Source of the DNA: Phoronis australis
Lineage: Eukaryota; Animalia; Phoronida
NCBI GenBank assembly: GCA_002633005.1
Contig: NMRA01000127.1
Coordinates: 841,200 to 905,199, forward strand
Length of the DNA: 64,000 nt
Reading direction: 5' to 3'
Each line of letters begins with the position of its first letter. Position 1 is the first letter of the stretch. The notes beneath the pieces were generated by a model that had not been told where the DNA came from, did no database searches, and was given only the letters and a program-made list of their open reading frames with translations. This document shows positions 1 through 12,848 of the stretch, one piece after another. The position numbers and the translations under genes are program-made.

Positions 1-128
1 CGGAAGATCATGAAAACAGTGGAAATGAAGATCAACCGGAAGCAGACAAAAGAAGACATTGGCGACATCATAGGCGTTGGCGTCCTTTCTTTCTTTACAA
101 ATTTAGGGAACATAGTGCAGCACACTAA
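1..128 (+). CDS. 3' end of mucin-like TM gene type A, copy 1 (gene starts before the window); altered C-terminus
   Basis: The frame from nt 3 reads EDHENSGNEDQPEADKRRHWRHHRRWRPFFLYKFREHSAAH* (TAA 126-128). This is homologous to the A2 tail QDHENSEKTDHLEIDKEKV and the A3 tail RDHEKNKKTSHPEAEKV. Downstream 85-1190 aligns with 27495-28765 and 36847-37985. Confidence 0.65.
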   Translation, partial: EDHENSGNEDQPEADKRRHWRHHRRWRPFFLYKFREHSAAH

Positions 129-820
129 TCGAAAGATGTTATCGTCATAGGAGCCAAGAGACCTGTAATCCTATGTTTATATGGTATTATTGATTTGTTG
201 AGTTCATGAGCGGTGCTTGACTCATGCAGCACTTATGTCGAATATAAATTTATGTCTCACCCCACGTTGACTACACCTCCATTACTGGTTGTGAATTTGT
301 GATTACTGCGGTGACTTAAGGAAACTTGGAGTAAGTTGTGTATGCTTTCAAAAAGAACATACGAACTGATATATCAATGAAATCTTCAAAATAATTTATC
401 TCCTGATGAATACTAACTTTATGTTAACTCTGTTGCTACAACAACTGAGTTATCAACCTCTTTTTGTGATAAGTGAGTGACTAATAAGCGCGAGGCAGTT
501 TACTAATGGCTGTTGTTTCCAAAGAGAAACAGACAAAGACAAACTCTCACTTTTGAATATTCACAGTATGATTAATTTTTACAGAAATTTTAAGCGGTAT
601 GTGGTGTGTTAGATTATAGTGTATGATAATATCAAAATATCTGTAGACATCAAATGAACAAACAAGGAAGCTGATGATCTTAAAAACATGAGTAACCGTT
701 GCACTGTAAAAAACCTTTTAGTCAGTCGTTTATAGCATCTTGTTAAAGCGGTCAATTGGAATAAATTATATATTAACATAAAAGTTCTCATTGTGCACAG
801 TGTAGGGCAAATAGGACAGA

Positions 821-2645
821 ATGGAGTGCATCATTTGTGTGTCAGGATTCTTAGTACTATCGTATGTAGGCAACCATTTAAAGACAATTAGTTCACACAA
901 AAACATCTGCGAGAGAAAAAAACTGGGAAAATCTCGAAAATAGCAGCCTTGTGTCAGTTGTGTAAATTCGCGTCGTTTCTTCACAAGCACTTGTTGAGTG
1001 ATGTCGATGGAGACGACGATCCCGGAATCGCCCAACTTTATCAGCTAGGCTCCACTCGCAGACTGCCAATCTTGTGTCACGCTCAAAATTAACCTTGAAA
1101 CATATCCAAATGTGATGGTGAATATTCGAATAAAGACGGGTCGAGTCCAGAGTAAGATTTGGTGGTCACGTTTGACGGGTGTCTAAAAGAGAATGTGATT
1201 ATGAATTTATGAAGCGTCAAGGATTCTTAAGCGAGTACCTCTCTGCGCACAAGAAGGTGCTCAATCAACGTGTACTTTTGCTAAATTTACACGCACGTTT
1301 ACTTTATCTACACGTACTTTTGTTTAATCTACGCGTATTTTGCTTAATTTACTCGTACCTTTGCTTAATCTACGCGTATTTTGCTTAATCTACGCATACC
1401 TTTGCTTAATCTACGCTTATCTTGGCTTAATCTACGTATACTTTAGCTCCTATTCATACGCCAGAAGCTTTTTGGCCAATTACGCCCCTCACCGATTAAT
1501 AGATTTCTCAGGAATTGATCAAATTGGAAGGGCTGAAAGGGCAGCCGCAGAAGTCAAATGAGAAACTACTAGTGTAAACTTGTAACATAACGCGCAAGTA
1601 CCTATAAAAATAAAAGAAACATCAGAATTCGAAGGGTATAGAATTTATACAAAAGGTATCTTGAGTGACGTAGATGAAATATTAGCACATTCGACAATAC
1701 TCCGCATATCGACTTCGACATTCGGTATCCGCGGTAGATACGCAAAATAATCTCTTGCCGGATACTATTTCATCTACGTTTTGCGTATGTTCTCATCAAC
1801 TGTAATCGCAAACTTTATGCAAATTGTTTATGACAATTTCTAATACACTTCACTTTTTTCATTAAGCAGTAGCAATTTCAGAACAACAGAATAAGACAAA
1901 GGTGCAACACCTAACACCAGCCCAACTCGCACAACACCTGTTGAACTGAGTAGCATCACTTTGCTGGCGCCTACAACACTTCCTCCGCCACCAACAATCT
2001 CGACGATGCCAACAACAACTCATCCCATAACATCCGGTTTGCAAGAGATCGTGTCATTAACAACTGTCGAAACACCTTCAGAAACACTGAAGTCAACAGC
2101 TGCAGCAGATTCAGTGAAAAGCCAGAAGGTCACATCATGAGGACCAGAGACAGTCGCACAAAGCGCATGGACAAGAAACGATTTCAAGCACAATAGATTA
2201 AACACCTGCCCACGTGATAGCAACAACAGCAGCAACAATAACAGCAACAACGGCAATAGCAGCAAAATCTACAACAACCACAATATCAGGAAGACTACAA
2301 AAAGGGATCGGACAACGACGTCAGATATAACAGGTCAAACATCGGCGCGTGTGACCACAATGGCATCAACAATTGGAGAAAAAAGCAACTACACGATCAG
2401 CATCAGCACCAACAGTAACACGCAAAATTGGCGATAAAAAACGTGGTTACATGACAACTGCAGACGATGGAATTTGTAGTTCTGGGAATTTGGATGGTGG
2501 TGAACTAGTTGCAGTCATCGCCGTAAGTTCAATTGTCTTCATCACTCTGGCTTCTGACTTAGCTCTGTTAATGGTAAGAAAAACATGTCACCGCCAGCGA
2601 CCAACAATAACAGCGACACCTGTTGAGGACAGTATAGTTCGGTAG
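821..2645 (+). pseudogene. Mucin-like TM gene type B, copy 1, pseudogene
   Basis: Leader exon 821-865 has 12-bp and 1-bp deletions versus the intact leader at 37593 and a weakened donor (TAT|GTAGGC). Exon 2 (from 1867) has a 1-bp deletion near 1930 and CGA>TGA at 2138. The TM region LDGGELVAVIAVSSIVFITLASDLALLMVRKTC is still recognisable. Confidence 0.85.
1255..1445. repeat. 21-bp minisatellite (TTTGCTTAATCTACGCGTATT-like, ~9 units) inside an insertion in the B1 intron
   Basis: Directly visible tandem units. The segment ~1190-1815 is absent from the paralogous introns at ~28770 and ~37990. Confidence 0.85.
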
Positions 2646-3321
2646 CAGCCCTTCATCAACACAAAGTTCGTTGAAAACACGACAGCTTAATACAGACTCG
2701 CTCGTAGTGTCTAAACAGTATCCTTTCTGGAGACGTGCAGCTATGTAGCAAAACACCGAGAGACACGACAGACAAACAATTTAAAACACAAGCTAGTTCT
2801 TGACCGCATGTCTCATCATCAGGCAATTAGTGAAATGAACACACATGTATATGAATCGAAGTAAACATTGAAATACACGGTGACAACAGGTACAGGGGCA
2901 TACAGGTGTGAATGTATCACTCGGTAGGAAACCCNGGCTTCAGACTTAGCTCTGTTAATGGTAAGAAAAACATGTCACCGCCAGCGACCAACAATAACAG
3001 CGACACCTGTTGTGGACAGTATAGTTCGGTAGCAGCCCTTCATCAACACAAAGTTCGTTGAAAACACGACAGCTTAATACAGACTCGCTCGTAGTGTCTA
3101 AACAGTATCCTTTCTTGAGACGTGCAGCTATATAGCAAAACACCGAGAGACACGACAGACAAACAATTTAAAACACAAGCTAGTTCTTGACCGCATGTCT
3201 CATCATCAGGCAATTAGTGAAATGAACACACATGTATATGAATCTAAGTAAACATTGAAATACACGGTGACAACAGGTACAGGGGCATACAGGTGTGAAT
3301 GTATCACTCGGTAGGAAACCC
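2549..3321. repeat. 386-bp near-identical direct duplication separated by a single N (probable assembly/haplotype overlap)
   Basis: 2549-2934 and 2936-3321 differ at about 5 positions and are joined exactly at the n at 2935. Confidence 0.85.
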
Positions 3322-4384
3322 AGAAGCCTAACGAAGCAGAGCCATCATGCGGTACACTCCTGTGAGCTGCTCGTTCAGTACAGTTTTTTCGTGGCTGATC
3401 AATAGAGATTCCAAAATCTTTAACCGAAATGGGTCAATATGAATACTGCGAATACATGGTATTGCCTACTATTTCTTGCTCAGTTATTTTTCGGCCATGT
3501 TGGTGTAAAAATGACATTGAATGGACTCGCTCTGCCAGCGGATGGACAACTGTCGGGAAAGAGAACGTATTATGTGTCCAATGAAACGGTGTTCACAAGA
3601 ATGGGGACGAATACATTCGTCCACATGACAAGTGAATTGGTGAACAACATTGCATCTGGTCACTGGTCGTAATTTTTCACGACTGAAGTTGTTTTTCATG
3701 ACAAGGTGACGTGACTTTACATTCTTATAATATATAATTACATTACAACCTCACTCGAAATTCCATTTCGAACATCGGCGATAAAACCACGGCACTGAGC
3801 AAAGTCGTGACAGTAGAAACGGCTTCATGTAAAGAGAATGGGACAAGACCACGTGAATTTAGTTTTTCTATAGATATTACCTTTTTTTAAGTCCCCAACC
3901 ACACCGCAAATAATGACGGCTTTGAAACACAAGAACGGTACCGAGGCTGTCATTTGTGAAGAACTGGAAAGAGTGTACAAATTTCTCAAAGCATATATGC
4001 GTACTTACATTTTGTGGCCGGGTGGGTGAGCGACCTTGACCAAGTTAACATAAACGACCAAAGATTATTGACTACTTGGGTGCATATGTGGGCGTTCAAG
4101 TTTGTTATTTGGCATTTGATGATACTGAAAATTTTGATAGTGTGGTGGTCTAAACAATCGAAAATTTCTAAAACAAACATTTAGGGCCCAACCCATTGCT
4201 ATTTGACAACAGTTCAGTCATCTAACAAACAACTTTTGTTCACATTGTGGCCACTATCTTTGAGATCGTGAATGTCAACTCGGCCTACACTAAATACTGT
4301 CTCAATGCAGCGAATCGTGGTGCCAGCAAATTAACAACTGAATGAAAAAGGTGTGAAAACGCAAGATTTTGTGAATGTTGCATT

Positions 4385-4454
<70 letters not shown>

Positions 4455-4720
4455 CCACCACCACCACCACCACCATCCGCACCTGAAGCAGCAGCACTAG
4501 CAGCAGTACCAGCAACAGCAGAAGCAGCAGCAGCAGAGGCAGCAGCAGCAGTACCATCAGCAGCAGTACCAGCAGCACCAGCACCAACAGCACCAGCACC
4601 ACCTGAAGCAGCAGCACTAGCAGCAGCAGCACTAGCAGCAGTACCAGCAGCAGAAGCAGCAGCAGCAGCAGAAGCAGCAGCAGAAGCAGCAGAAGCAGAA
4701 GTACCAGCAGCAACAGCTCC
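4385..4720. repeat. (GCA)n/(CCA)n trinucleotide repeat tract
   Basis: Pure (GCA)n 4386-4453, then (CCA)n and interrupted GCA-rich sequence. It explains the poly-Ala and poly-Leu ORFs. Confidence 0.95.
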
Positions 4721-5869
4721 TCACTAAGCAGCCCCTTAATAACTTGAGCAGCACTTTCCTTCTAAGGGGCGACGATCTTCTTCGGCTTCTACACTACATA
4801 ACTGCTGTCATTGTTGACATAAAATAGAGGAACAGTATAACTGCTGCCGGAAGTTTCTGAGAACAGACCTACGGTTTGTAGGTTTCCCAAAAATGGTGTG
4901 TCAGTGAGTGTCAAACAAAAAAGCTTTGTAAAAAACAGAGCATAGTTCATTTCAACACGTCTTGGCTTTTCTACAAGATCAAAGTGACTAATGGTCTCAT
5001 TGGAACCATATTTCAACTCTCTTTTAAGAACCTGGGGCCGAGTTTAGCACATTTCAGCACTAGAATATTCAAACTAATTCGATTTTTTTATGTTATACAT
5101 CGAAACGAATCACGATCTTTGATCAGCGTGTGTCCTTGCATTTTAGTCGGGGTTACCGGAAAATCCGAAACATTGTTTACTGGAGTTACCCACTGCCTAA
5201 AGGCAAATTATAATGCAGGCTATCAATCACAAAAATACATTCAAATTTTGCTATGCCCTCCGAGGGTCGAAAATGTTTTCAATCCTAAACAGACAGTTCA
5301 AGGCATTTACAAGTAAAGAAAGTTCCAACCAATTCACCAATTTTGAGAGCGTTACTACAAAAAATCTCGGTTTTATATCATGTGCTGTTTAGCCGACATT
5401 TCTCGTTTGAAACCAATTATATAGAGACTTTGTACACCTGAATTGTTTGACCGCAATGGCAAAAAGAAATCTCGTTTAAATGCAAGCCTTTCCCTGAGAA
5501 TTGTGTTAATAGACAGTTATCTGGTGACTAAGGCTCAGCCAACTGTATCAGTTTGTATCTTATGGCCAGCGAGGAATGGGCACTTGGGTCTACCCCACTT
5601 GAAGCGTTTTTACCCGAAATATTAAAGAAGAGGATGAGTAATTTTCGAAACACATTATAGTTCTCAGTTGACAAAATATACGACATAACATTTCGAAAGG
5701 ATGACGTTCAAACCATTTGTTTAGGATGTAATATCTAAAATGTCTCCATGTTTGATGAGCGAGAGCATTGAAATAAGGACCTATGCTTCAAATACTTTTT
5801 TAAAGCTAGTGACATATTTTTGCGCACCAATTTCGAAACAAAAACGACATCACAAGCACGTCACAGCTG

Positions 5870-6726
5870 ATGACGTCAAGTGCGCACAGGTCTGCAGTTG
5901 AATCTTTTCCCATTTGCAAAGCGGTACATTTCAACGCAATGAAGAGAGAAAGTGCTTTATATTTTGTCAAACAACTAAAAATTCGTAAAAAGTAAGTAAT
6001 ATTTAAAAGCTAATCTGGCATGAAGCCTCTAATTTGTATTTAATAAACAGTAAAAAACTCGAAGGTGGATCATTGGCGTATCTAATATGTTATTACACCC
6101 TTGATCGTTCTTACAACCTTTGTAAAGCATGATTCTTTTCATCACTTTAGGGTTAATGCACAGGCTGCAAATTGTCTGAAAAAGGTGGCTAAGAACTTTG
6201 CCAAAGACGCTGAAAAATTGAAAAGGGACATAACACGTGAGTGTTGCTGCTGAAGAAAACGAGTTTATCTTCTTGTTGCAGTGCTCACATGCTGTCCAAT
6301 CACAAGAGAGACCGGACCTCTGATCCGCCATCGGAAAAACTTCACATGTGAACGCTCGTCAGAAGACTGCTCTCTGTCTCTCTATGTCTCTGTCCCTGTC
6401 CCTCCCTGTCTCTCCCTCTGTCTCTGTCTCTGTCTCTGTCTCTGTCTCTCTGTCTCTGTCTCTGTCTCTCTCTGTCTCTTTCNNNNNNNNNNNNNNNNNN
6501 NNNNNNNNNNNNNNNNNNNNNNNNNNNNNNNNNNNNNNNNNNNNNNNNNNNNNNNNNNNNNNNNNNNNNNNNNNNNNNNNNNNNNNNNNNNNNNNNNNNN
6601 NNNNNNNNNNNNNNNNNNNNNNNNNNNNNNNNNNNNNNNNNNNNNNNNNNNNNNNNNNNNNNNNNNNNNNNNNNNNNNNNNNNNNNNNNNNNNNNNNNNN
6701 NNNNNNNNNNNNNNNNNNNNNNNNNN

Positions 6727-6759
<33 letters not shown>

Positions 6760-9746
6760 AGCTCTCTTCTCTCTCTTCCTAAAAGTTTTCATGAGTTTCA
6801 GACTGACGAACACAAGTTTTTTGACAGAAAAAAAATACTTATTTACGGTAATTTTATTTACGGGTATTTACTTAATGTATTAACGAACACAACTTGCTTG
6901 TCAGTAGACTTTGTTTTACACTCAAGAGGGTAAACAGTAAATCAACTTTCTTACCACAATAAGTTCAATTCCTAATGAAATGATTGAATGCTAAGCTCTG
7001 CCGTATGGTGATTTCATGTTACTGATCATAATGTTAGTATTTGGGACAATGTTATGTTAATTACTCGTTTGAAGGCCGGTAGGACACATCTGTGGGCACT
7101 TGTTTAAGACCTAGCTTGTAGTGATCAGGCCTCTTACTTACATCAAAAAACGTGATCCACCACATTCGTATCAGCTCATATTTTTTACGCTTTTCATCGA
7201 ACTTACACAAGGGAAAATTACATAAGCGTAACGAAAAGATAACAATATGCAAGACTGGCGTGGCGCAAGAAATTCATTCTTGCTGTTTTATTTTGACCAT
7301 TGCAGGTTTTCCTACAGACTCTGACATAGCAACGGGTGTCAGTGACTTTCTGATAGAACTGGACGAACGTCGTAAACATCTCAGAGCCGACCTGGGAGAG
7401 GTCGAACGTGACATGAAGTTAATAGACAGGTCAATACATGCCAGAAAGTCTTTAAGTGTCGATTATTGTGAAAGTCGATTTCCATTGATTCTCACTGTGT
7501 GAAACTATCCAATAATTGATTCCAAAGTGATATTCCTTACGAAAACAACACTTGGTTTTATACTGCCTAATAGATTGTCGGCTTCATTTTACAGCGTCGT
7601 CGGGCATACAGTGAAGGTTGAGAAGAAATTAGGAGCTACTGCTGAAGAATTGTCAAACTTGAAAAAGGTGAGGTATATACTTGGCAGCTGTCCTCATATT
7701 TTTATTTCTTTAGGGTCCTGTTCCACAAAACTCGTCCTTAAAATACGCGAGTCTTGTGAAACAGTCCATGAGAGAACGAACGGTCAACTTTGACTAAAAA
7801 CTCCGATGCTGCACCGTCTACCGAGATCTTACTCACAATGTGCAACATTTAACTTGTCCCCATTCGTTTTTGTCCCTTTTTGGAGATTGTGCTGAGAGTG
7901 ACAAGAGTGACATTATGAAGGTGATTTTAGCCTTAGCTTTAAAAGAGTGGCGTTGAAACTGACTGTCAATAATTCTGTTTCAAAGGAATTGTACTACAAT
8001 GCATCTCTTCATTGCAGAATGAGCAAGCCAAGCGCGAGCGTCTCCGGTTGCTCTTATCTACCAACTGTTCGTCTCAGAAGATGCGAAACAAGGCATCTGC
8101 CGAGGTAGAGGCTGTCAAGAACAAAGTTAATCAGACGGCAGACCGGGTTGAAGAGCTGAAGCGGCAGTTGTATCAGGTGAGCCATCACTTATGCAAGTCT
8201 GGTACAGACGTCCTGAAACTGCTTTCAGGTGGTGATGTAGTAACATCACAACCAATATCTCTTGGTCTATTTACACCAACACATAGCCCAGTTACTTTGG
8301 CACGACGTTTCATTTCTGGCGGTCATTTCTAGCGGTCATATTCAAGTGGAACAGCCTCACAAGCTCGGATATCTGGTGCAATAATGGAGGGCACATGGAC
8401 TATATTTTTTCTGGAAGGCAACTGGATGCGAACCTAGTGATGAGAGTACTCGATTGGCAATTGAACGATCCCAGGCTCAGACATCGGCGTCAACCAAATA
8501 CCCATTCCCGTTTTCCTAATGAAGCTTTAACACCTGAAGATGGCCGGAGAATTTTACCGAATGGAAAGTGGTGCTAATGCAGAGGCTGATATTGATAGAC
8601 CATAACTTTTGGACACGATGTCTTGCAGGGCAATGACATTTATACACAGAGTGGTCCTTTTTTTAGAAATAATACATCCTCCTTATGTCGCTGAGGCACA
8701 GGTGGCTATATTGGAAATAAGACATTTTCTATGTTTGCACCATTTTAAGGTGCTGGTACAATAGTAGAAGCACATTTTTACAAATGCATCTTGTGTCGTC
8801 CATCGACTCTTTTTATTTAAACCTAAATTGACTACATACCTCAAGTGATAACAGCTTTTTCTCACAGGCCATTAAAATATTATTTTGATTTTTCTCAACA
8901 AAGCTGAAATTTAGGTCCAAATTCGCATACAGATATAAGAGTGGCTGCTTACAACGAACATCCAATAGCATGAAATTTGTAGGTCATTTATAAGGTAGTG
9001 CTATCGACTTGTCATGAACGCTACTTTGTATTCATGGTTAATGTTATGTTTTTCGCTGCTTTCAGCTCATCGCTGAAATGTATAACATGGTATACAGACC
9101 ACAAAAAGCAGACGAGGTTGTGCAAAGGTTTGTAAAGAAATTTTCCTCAGTGGAGCTTAGTGTTTGGTTATCCTGAAGCTAACTAAACTACAATCCAAAG
9201 TGTTGGCCTCGTAACCACAAGGATACTTCCTTGTTTAACATCAACAATGACTTATGGCGACCGAGGATCAGGTGGAAATTGTCGAAACCGGAAAGGCCAA
9301 ACATTTCCTGGCGACCAGGTGGCCACGTCGTAAATTCTGGCGACGGGGGTGAAGCTTCAAAATCGTGGTGATCGGGTCTGAAAATTGTGGTGTCCGGTGT
9401 GAAAAGCGGGGGGGGGTGGTTTTTGTAATTGTCAATGAAGGGACAATTAAATGATGCCACGACCCCCTAAACTACTTATAGCTTAAGGTCTGCGGAAACC
9501 TTAATCTGGCATTGTTATGGCTGCAGTAACAGTTTTAGTATGCTCTGTCATATTTTGCCGTAATACTCGTCGGCAAACATTGTTTTTGTCTCATCACCTA
9601 TTTCACAATTCTTGGTTGCTTTCAGTTCCATGGATCTTCCACTGAAAGGACCACGAGTGACTGAATTGGGCCGTTGGATTTCGGTAACGTGTAAGCGGAT
9701 GCGGCGTGCATGGAGTCGTCGTGGAACCCTACGTATGGGTCAATAA
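5870..9746 (+). CDS. Uncharacterised coiled-coil protein, copy 1 (7 exons, 248 aa)
   Basis: Exons 5870-5991, 6151-6236, 7306-7429, 7595-7667, 8018-8176, 9066-9127, 9626-9746. All introns are GT-AG, phases 2,1,2,0,0,2 are compatible, and the 747-nt CDS is open: MTSSAHRS...MKRESALYFVKQLKIRKKVNAQAANCLKK...RFPTDSDIATGVSDFLIELDERRKHLRADL...NEQAKRERLRLLLSTNCSSQKMRNKASAEVEAVKNKV...WISVTCKRMRRAWSRRGTLRMGQ*. Exon lengths are identical in the paralog at 58-61 kb. The start could instead be ATG 5939. Confidence 0.85.
6370..6760. repeat. (TCTCTG)n/(TC)n microsatellite spanning an assembly gap (N 6483-6725)
   Basis: Visible directly. Confidence 0.95.
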
Positions 9747-10079
9747 AGTCACTGTGAAAAAGACGGTTGGATAAAGCGTCACGACACGCCTTAGTTGTCT
9801 GACTAGTAACTTGCAACTGGAATCGTTGAAACGAAGCTGTCTAAACGCTTCCGTACACTGGACTCCGTATGACATAAGCTGTAAACAGCAATGAAAATGT
9901 TGAATGCTTTGTTGTTCAGGAAAATGACAATATGAATTTGTACATAGTTTTTACATTGTTGTCTTTTTTACGTTGGTTGTGAATTAAATATTGAAATATG
10001 CTAAAGCGTTGTTACTCAGTATGTGAAAAACCAACGCCTCCCAGGGAACACCGGCATACGTATGCACATGTACCTGTAT

Positions 10080-10225
10080 GCATACTTACATACATACATA
10101 CATACATCATATATGCATACATACATACATGCATACATACATACATACATACATCATACATACACACATACATACTTGCATGCACATACATACATACATA
10201 CATACATAGATATACACATATATAC
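10080..10225. repeat. (CATA)n microsatellite
   Basis: Visible directly. Confidence 0.95.
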
Positions 10226-10782
10226 GCATATCAAAGAAACATTTCCTTTTTGCTAACGATAACTCAAACAATGAAACGGGTTACTCAAAGACACAAACGA
10301 TATCTCCAGTTTCACACCATGATAAAATTGATTTACATCCTCAAACGTATCATTCAGGATGCCAGCAAGTGAAAAGGCAAAACGTGTAGATTCTGAAACC
10401 GATTACTATCGTGGAAAAGGAAACAACGATTTTTAGAGTTTATTTCGTGTTTTCAGTGTTTTGGTCGACAAAGGGAATAAAGCCATTTCTGTGAAACCTT
10501 GAACCACGGTGAACCAAAACACAAATTACTACAAAAATCCTCAACAATAGGAAGCCATGCCTTCCTAACATTAGATTGTAAGGATTTTCCTGCTGGACGC
10601 AGACACGTGAGGATGTTGTTCGTTTTCTCGATTTAGTTGAAATTCAGTGTGAAAAGCAGACTACCAACTTACCTGTGTGAGTAGTTTAGTTTAAGAACGG
10701 CTTAAGTAGGCTTCCGGTAATTCACTGATAGCCTAATCAGCGCGGTACTCACCATCCCTAATAAGATAAAGGCATCTGCCAC

Positions 10783-10790
10783 TATATAAG
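10783..10790 (+). promoter_or_regulatory. Candidate TATA box upstream of a signal-peptide exon
   Basis: TATATAAG about 185 nt upstream of ATG 10968; motif match only. Confidence 0.35.
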
Positions 10791-10967
10791 AGCAAAAATT
10801 GACATCCCTAGTATATCAGAAAGATATTGGATGATGAAACAACAACCTAGTTGTCGTATCCAAGTAGGAAGGTGAGAAAAAATTCGAAAAAATCAGATTT
10901 TTGTCAGACGAATTAAAAAGAAGACACGTTACTGACAGTTTGCCAAAGACCCCCAGACAACGAAAAA

Positions 10968-11004
10968 ATGAGGACCTTGCTTCTTGCTCTTGTCTTTAAT
11001 ACAG
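10968..11004 (+). CDS. Candidate signal-peptide leader exon (MRTLLLALVFNT, phase-1 donor), probably exon 1 of mucin A2
   Basis: AAAATGAGG start, hydrophobic core, CAG|GTATTG donor. Splicing to the phase-1 acceptor at 26215 gives MRTLLLALVFNTVFSSPAYG/APDAR..., a plausible cleavable signal peptide and a 409-aa ORF. Confidence 0.5.
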
Positions 11005-12848
11005 GTATTGTAAATATTTATTTCATTTCAAGTGGTATTTTTTCAGACATGTAATATACAATTCTAGGTTAATGTGTTCATTTAGATGTTTCAATGAAAC
11101 GAATAAGTTTCCTCTGGGCACGCAGACAACCGTAAACTGGTTTGTGCACGCAGATGCAAAGCGGAAGACTCATGTAATGTGTCGCTAACTGAAATTCTTT
11201 AGCAATTATAGCATTTGTTAGTCCGGACTAGTTTGCAGTCGGACCGGACTACTAGATTTCACGTCTTTTGGTATGGAAGGAAAAAACTCATATAATACCT
11301 TTTACACAGATTTTTGGCGAACCTACTTGTAAGTGGATGCTAACGGGAGAGTTATTAAGTTTGAATATTGCACGAGTTCCTAAAAATCGACAGATTCGCT
11401 GTTTTTTGAAACACAGACGAAATGAAAGCTCTTTCATCCAAATATATATGCGCGTATGCGCTCAAAGATGTCAGACTGACTTCTGTTTGAAATCATCATT
11501 GGTTTGTTTAAATCTTACGTCAAAGGTCACATTTTTCAGTGACAAAGAACCACTTTGAATAATGCAATTTACTTTGTATTTCACGCTTTACGCCACTTTA
11601 CTATCTCACAGCAAATTTTAAAATTAGGAATTTAAACTAGCGATAGTGGTGGTTACTTATAATCAACAGTAAAATGTGGAAATATTTTTTGAAGACATCT
11701 TCTCTTTAGGGTTCCAAAGGTGTAGAAATTGTACATAATATAATTCTTACTATATCCAGACCGGAAAAGAATTGCACCAAAAGCGGCAATAATCTAAAGT
11801 TGGGAAAAATACACACATTAATCAAATACCACTTATAATTGATAACCGGAGATGGAATCAGATAAATTAATCATACACAAAAGTAAGTGTACCGCCTGCT
11901 TTGTGTTCATAATTTCCAAGAAATGAAGATAAATCATGCATGTTTGTTTTCAGCGAAACAAAGGCAATTCGATGTGAATTTTAGGGCTTTTTTGCTGCTG
12001 TGAGAGAACACTAATCAAAAAACGAAGATTGATGGAATATGAGCGTGAAATTCTGTATCTGTTTGATCCAAAGAATACGACCCGTGAAAGGGGCATTTCC
12101 TTTGTACTCAATCTGGCCATTCAAAGCCAAGGACGATTACGTTAGCTATCCACATTATTTTAAACTGACTGACACCCCAAATACATCGTCCATTGTTGGC
12201 AAGTAAAAGGAGAGTGAATTAGCCATCACTTTTATCAGGTTTGGTCAACACGTCAACTTGTGCCGATTATTGTCAATAACAAGTGACCCATCGTATTTTA
12301 CAATGGTACAAAGAGGTCAGAAACGGAGTGTTAATTCATTATGAACACAGTGCCCATTTTGATGAAATAACATCATAGTCAAACGGTATAAGGATCAAAA
12401 CGCATTTCCGGAATTACTGTTTGGTAGGGCAGACGTTTTTTCTGTAAGCGTTCGAAATCGCCAGTTCCCGACGTTGGCTTCCCGCCATTCAATAGAGTAA
12501 GTGAAATCAAGGCCAGAGTTTTTGACTCTTAAAATACTCGGCTGCGTGCCATATAAGTGTATTAGCAAAGTGTCGGACTTTCATGCTGCCACTGAGGTCG
12601 AGGGTTTCACATCGTATTGGTCCCTGGTCTCATTTACACGACCTTGACGCCGATTATTTCATTTTAAAAAGTGCTTAGGGATTAAAGTCAAACATTATAT
12701 TTACACTAAGAAAGTATGTCGAAATTGACATATTTAGGATTTTTGTCTTATAGCTGAAAAACTCATTTAGAGGCTCACACGCAGTTACTACTTACATGTA
12801 ATACTGTCGGTTTTTGCGAAATGTTTCCGCTTCCGTGTTCATCAAATT

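Noticed and set aside
1255-1445. Regularly spaced repeats resembling a CRISPR array (also the 60-bp and 70-bp arrays)
   Set aside because: Head-to-tail units without unique spacers, no cas genes, eukaryotic context.
2549-3321. Apparent recent tandem duplication of the B1 3' end
   Set aside because: The copies meet exactly at a single N and differ by a few SNPs, which is typical of unmerged allelic contig ends.
3439-3672. 77-aa ORF with a hydrophobic N-terminus
   Set aside because: No paralog in the duplicated units, no recognisable domain and no supporting splice structure.
4285-4727. Poly-Ala/Pro ORF (antifreeze-like) and antisense poly-Leu ORF
   Set aside because: By-products of a GCA/CCA repeat; non-ATG starts; the tract is absent from the paralogous region.
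9998-10372. His/Thr/Tyr or Met/Tyr/Val/Cys-rich ORFs (also 6281-6883, 35646-36008, 49085-49369)
   Set aside because: Translations of microsatellites or N gaps.
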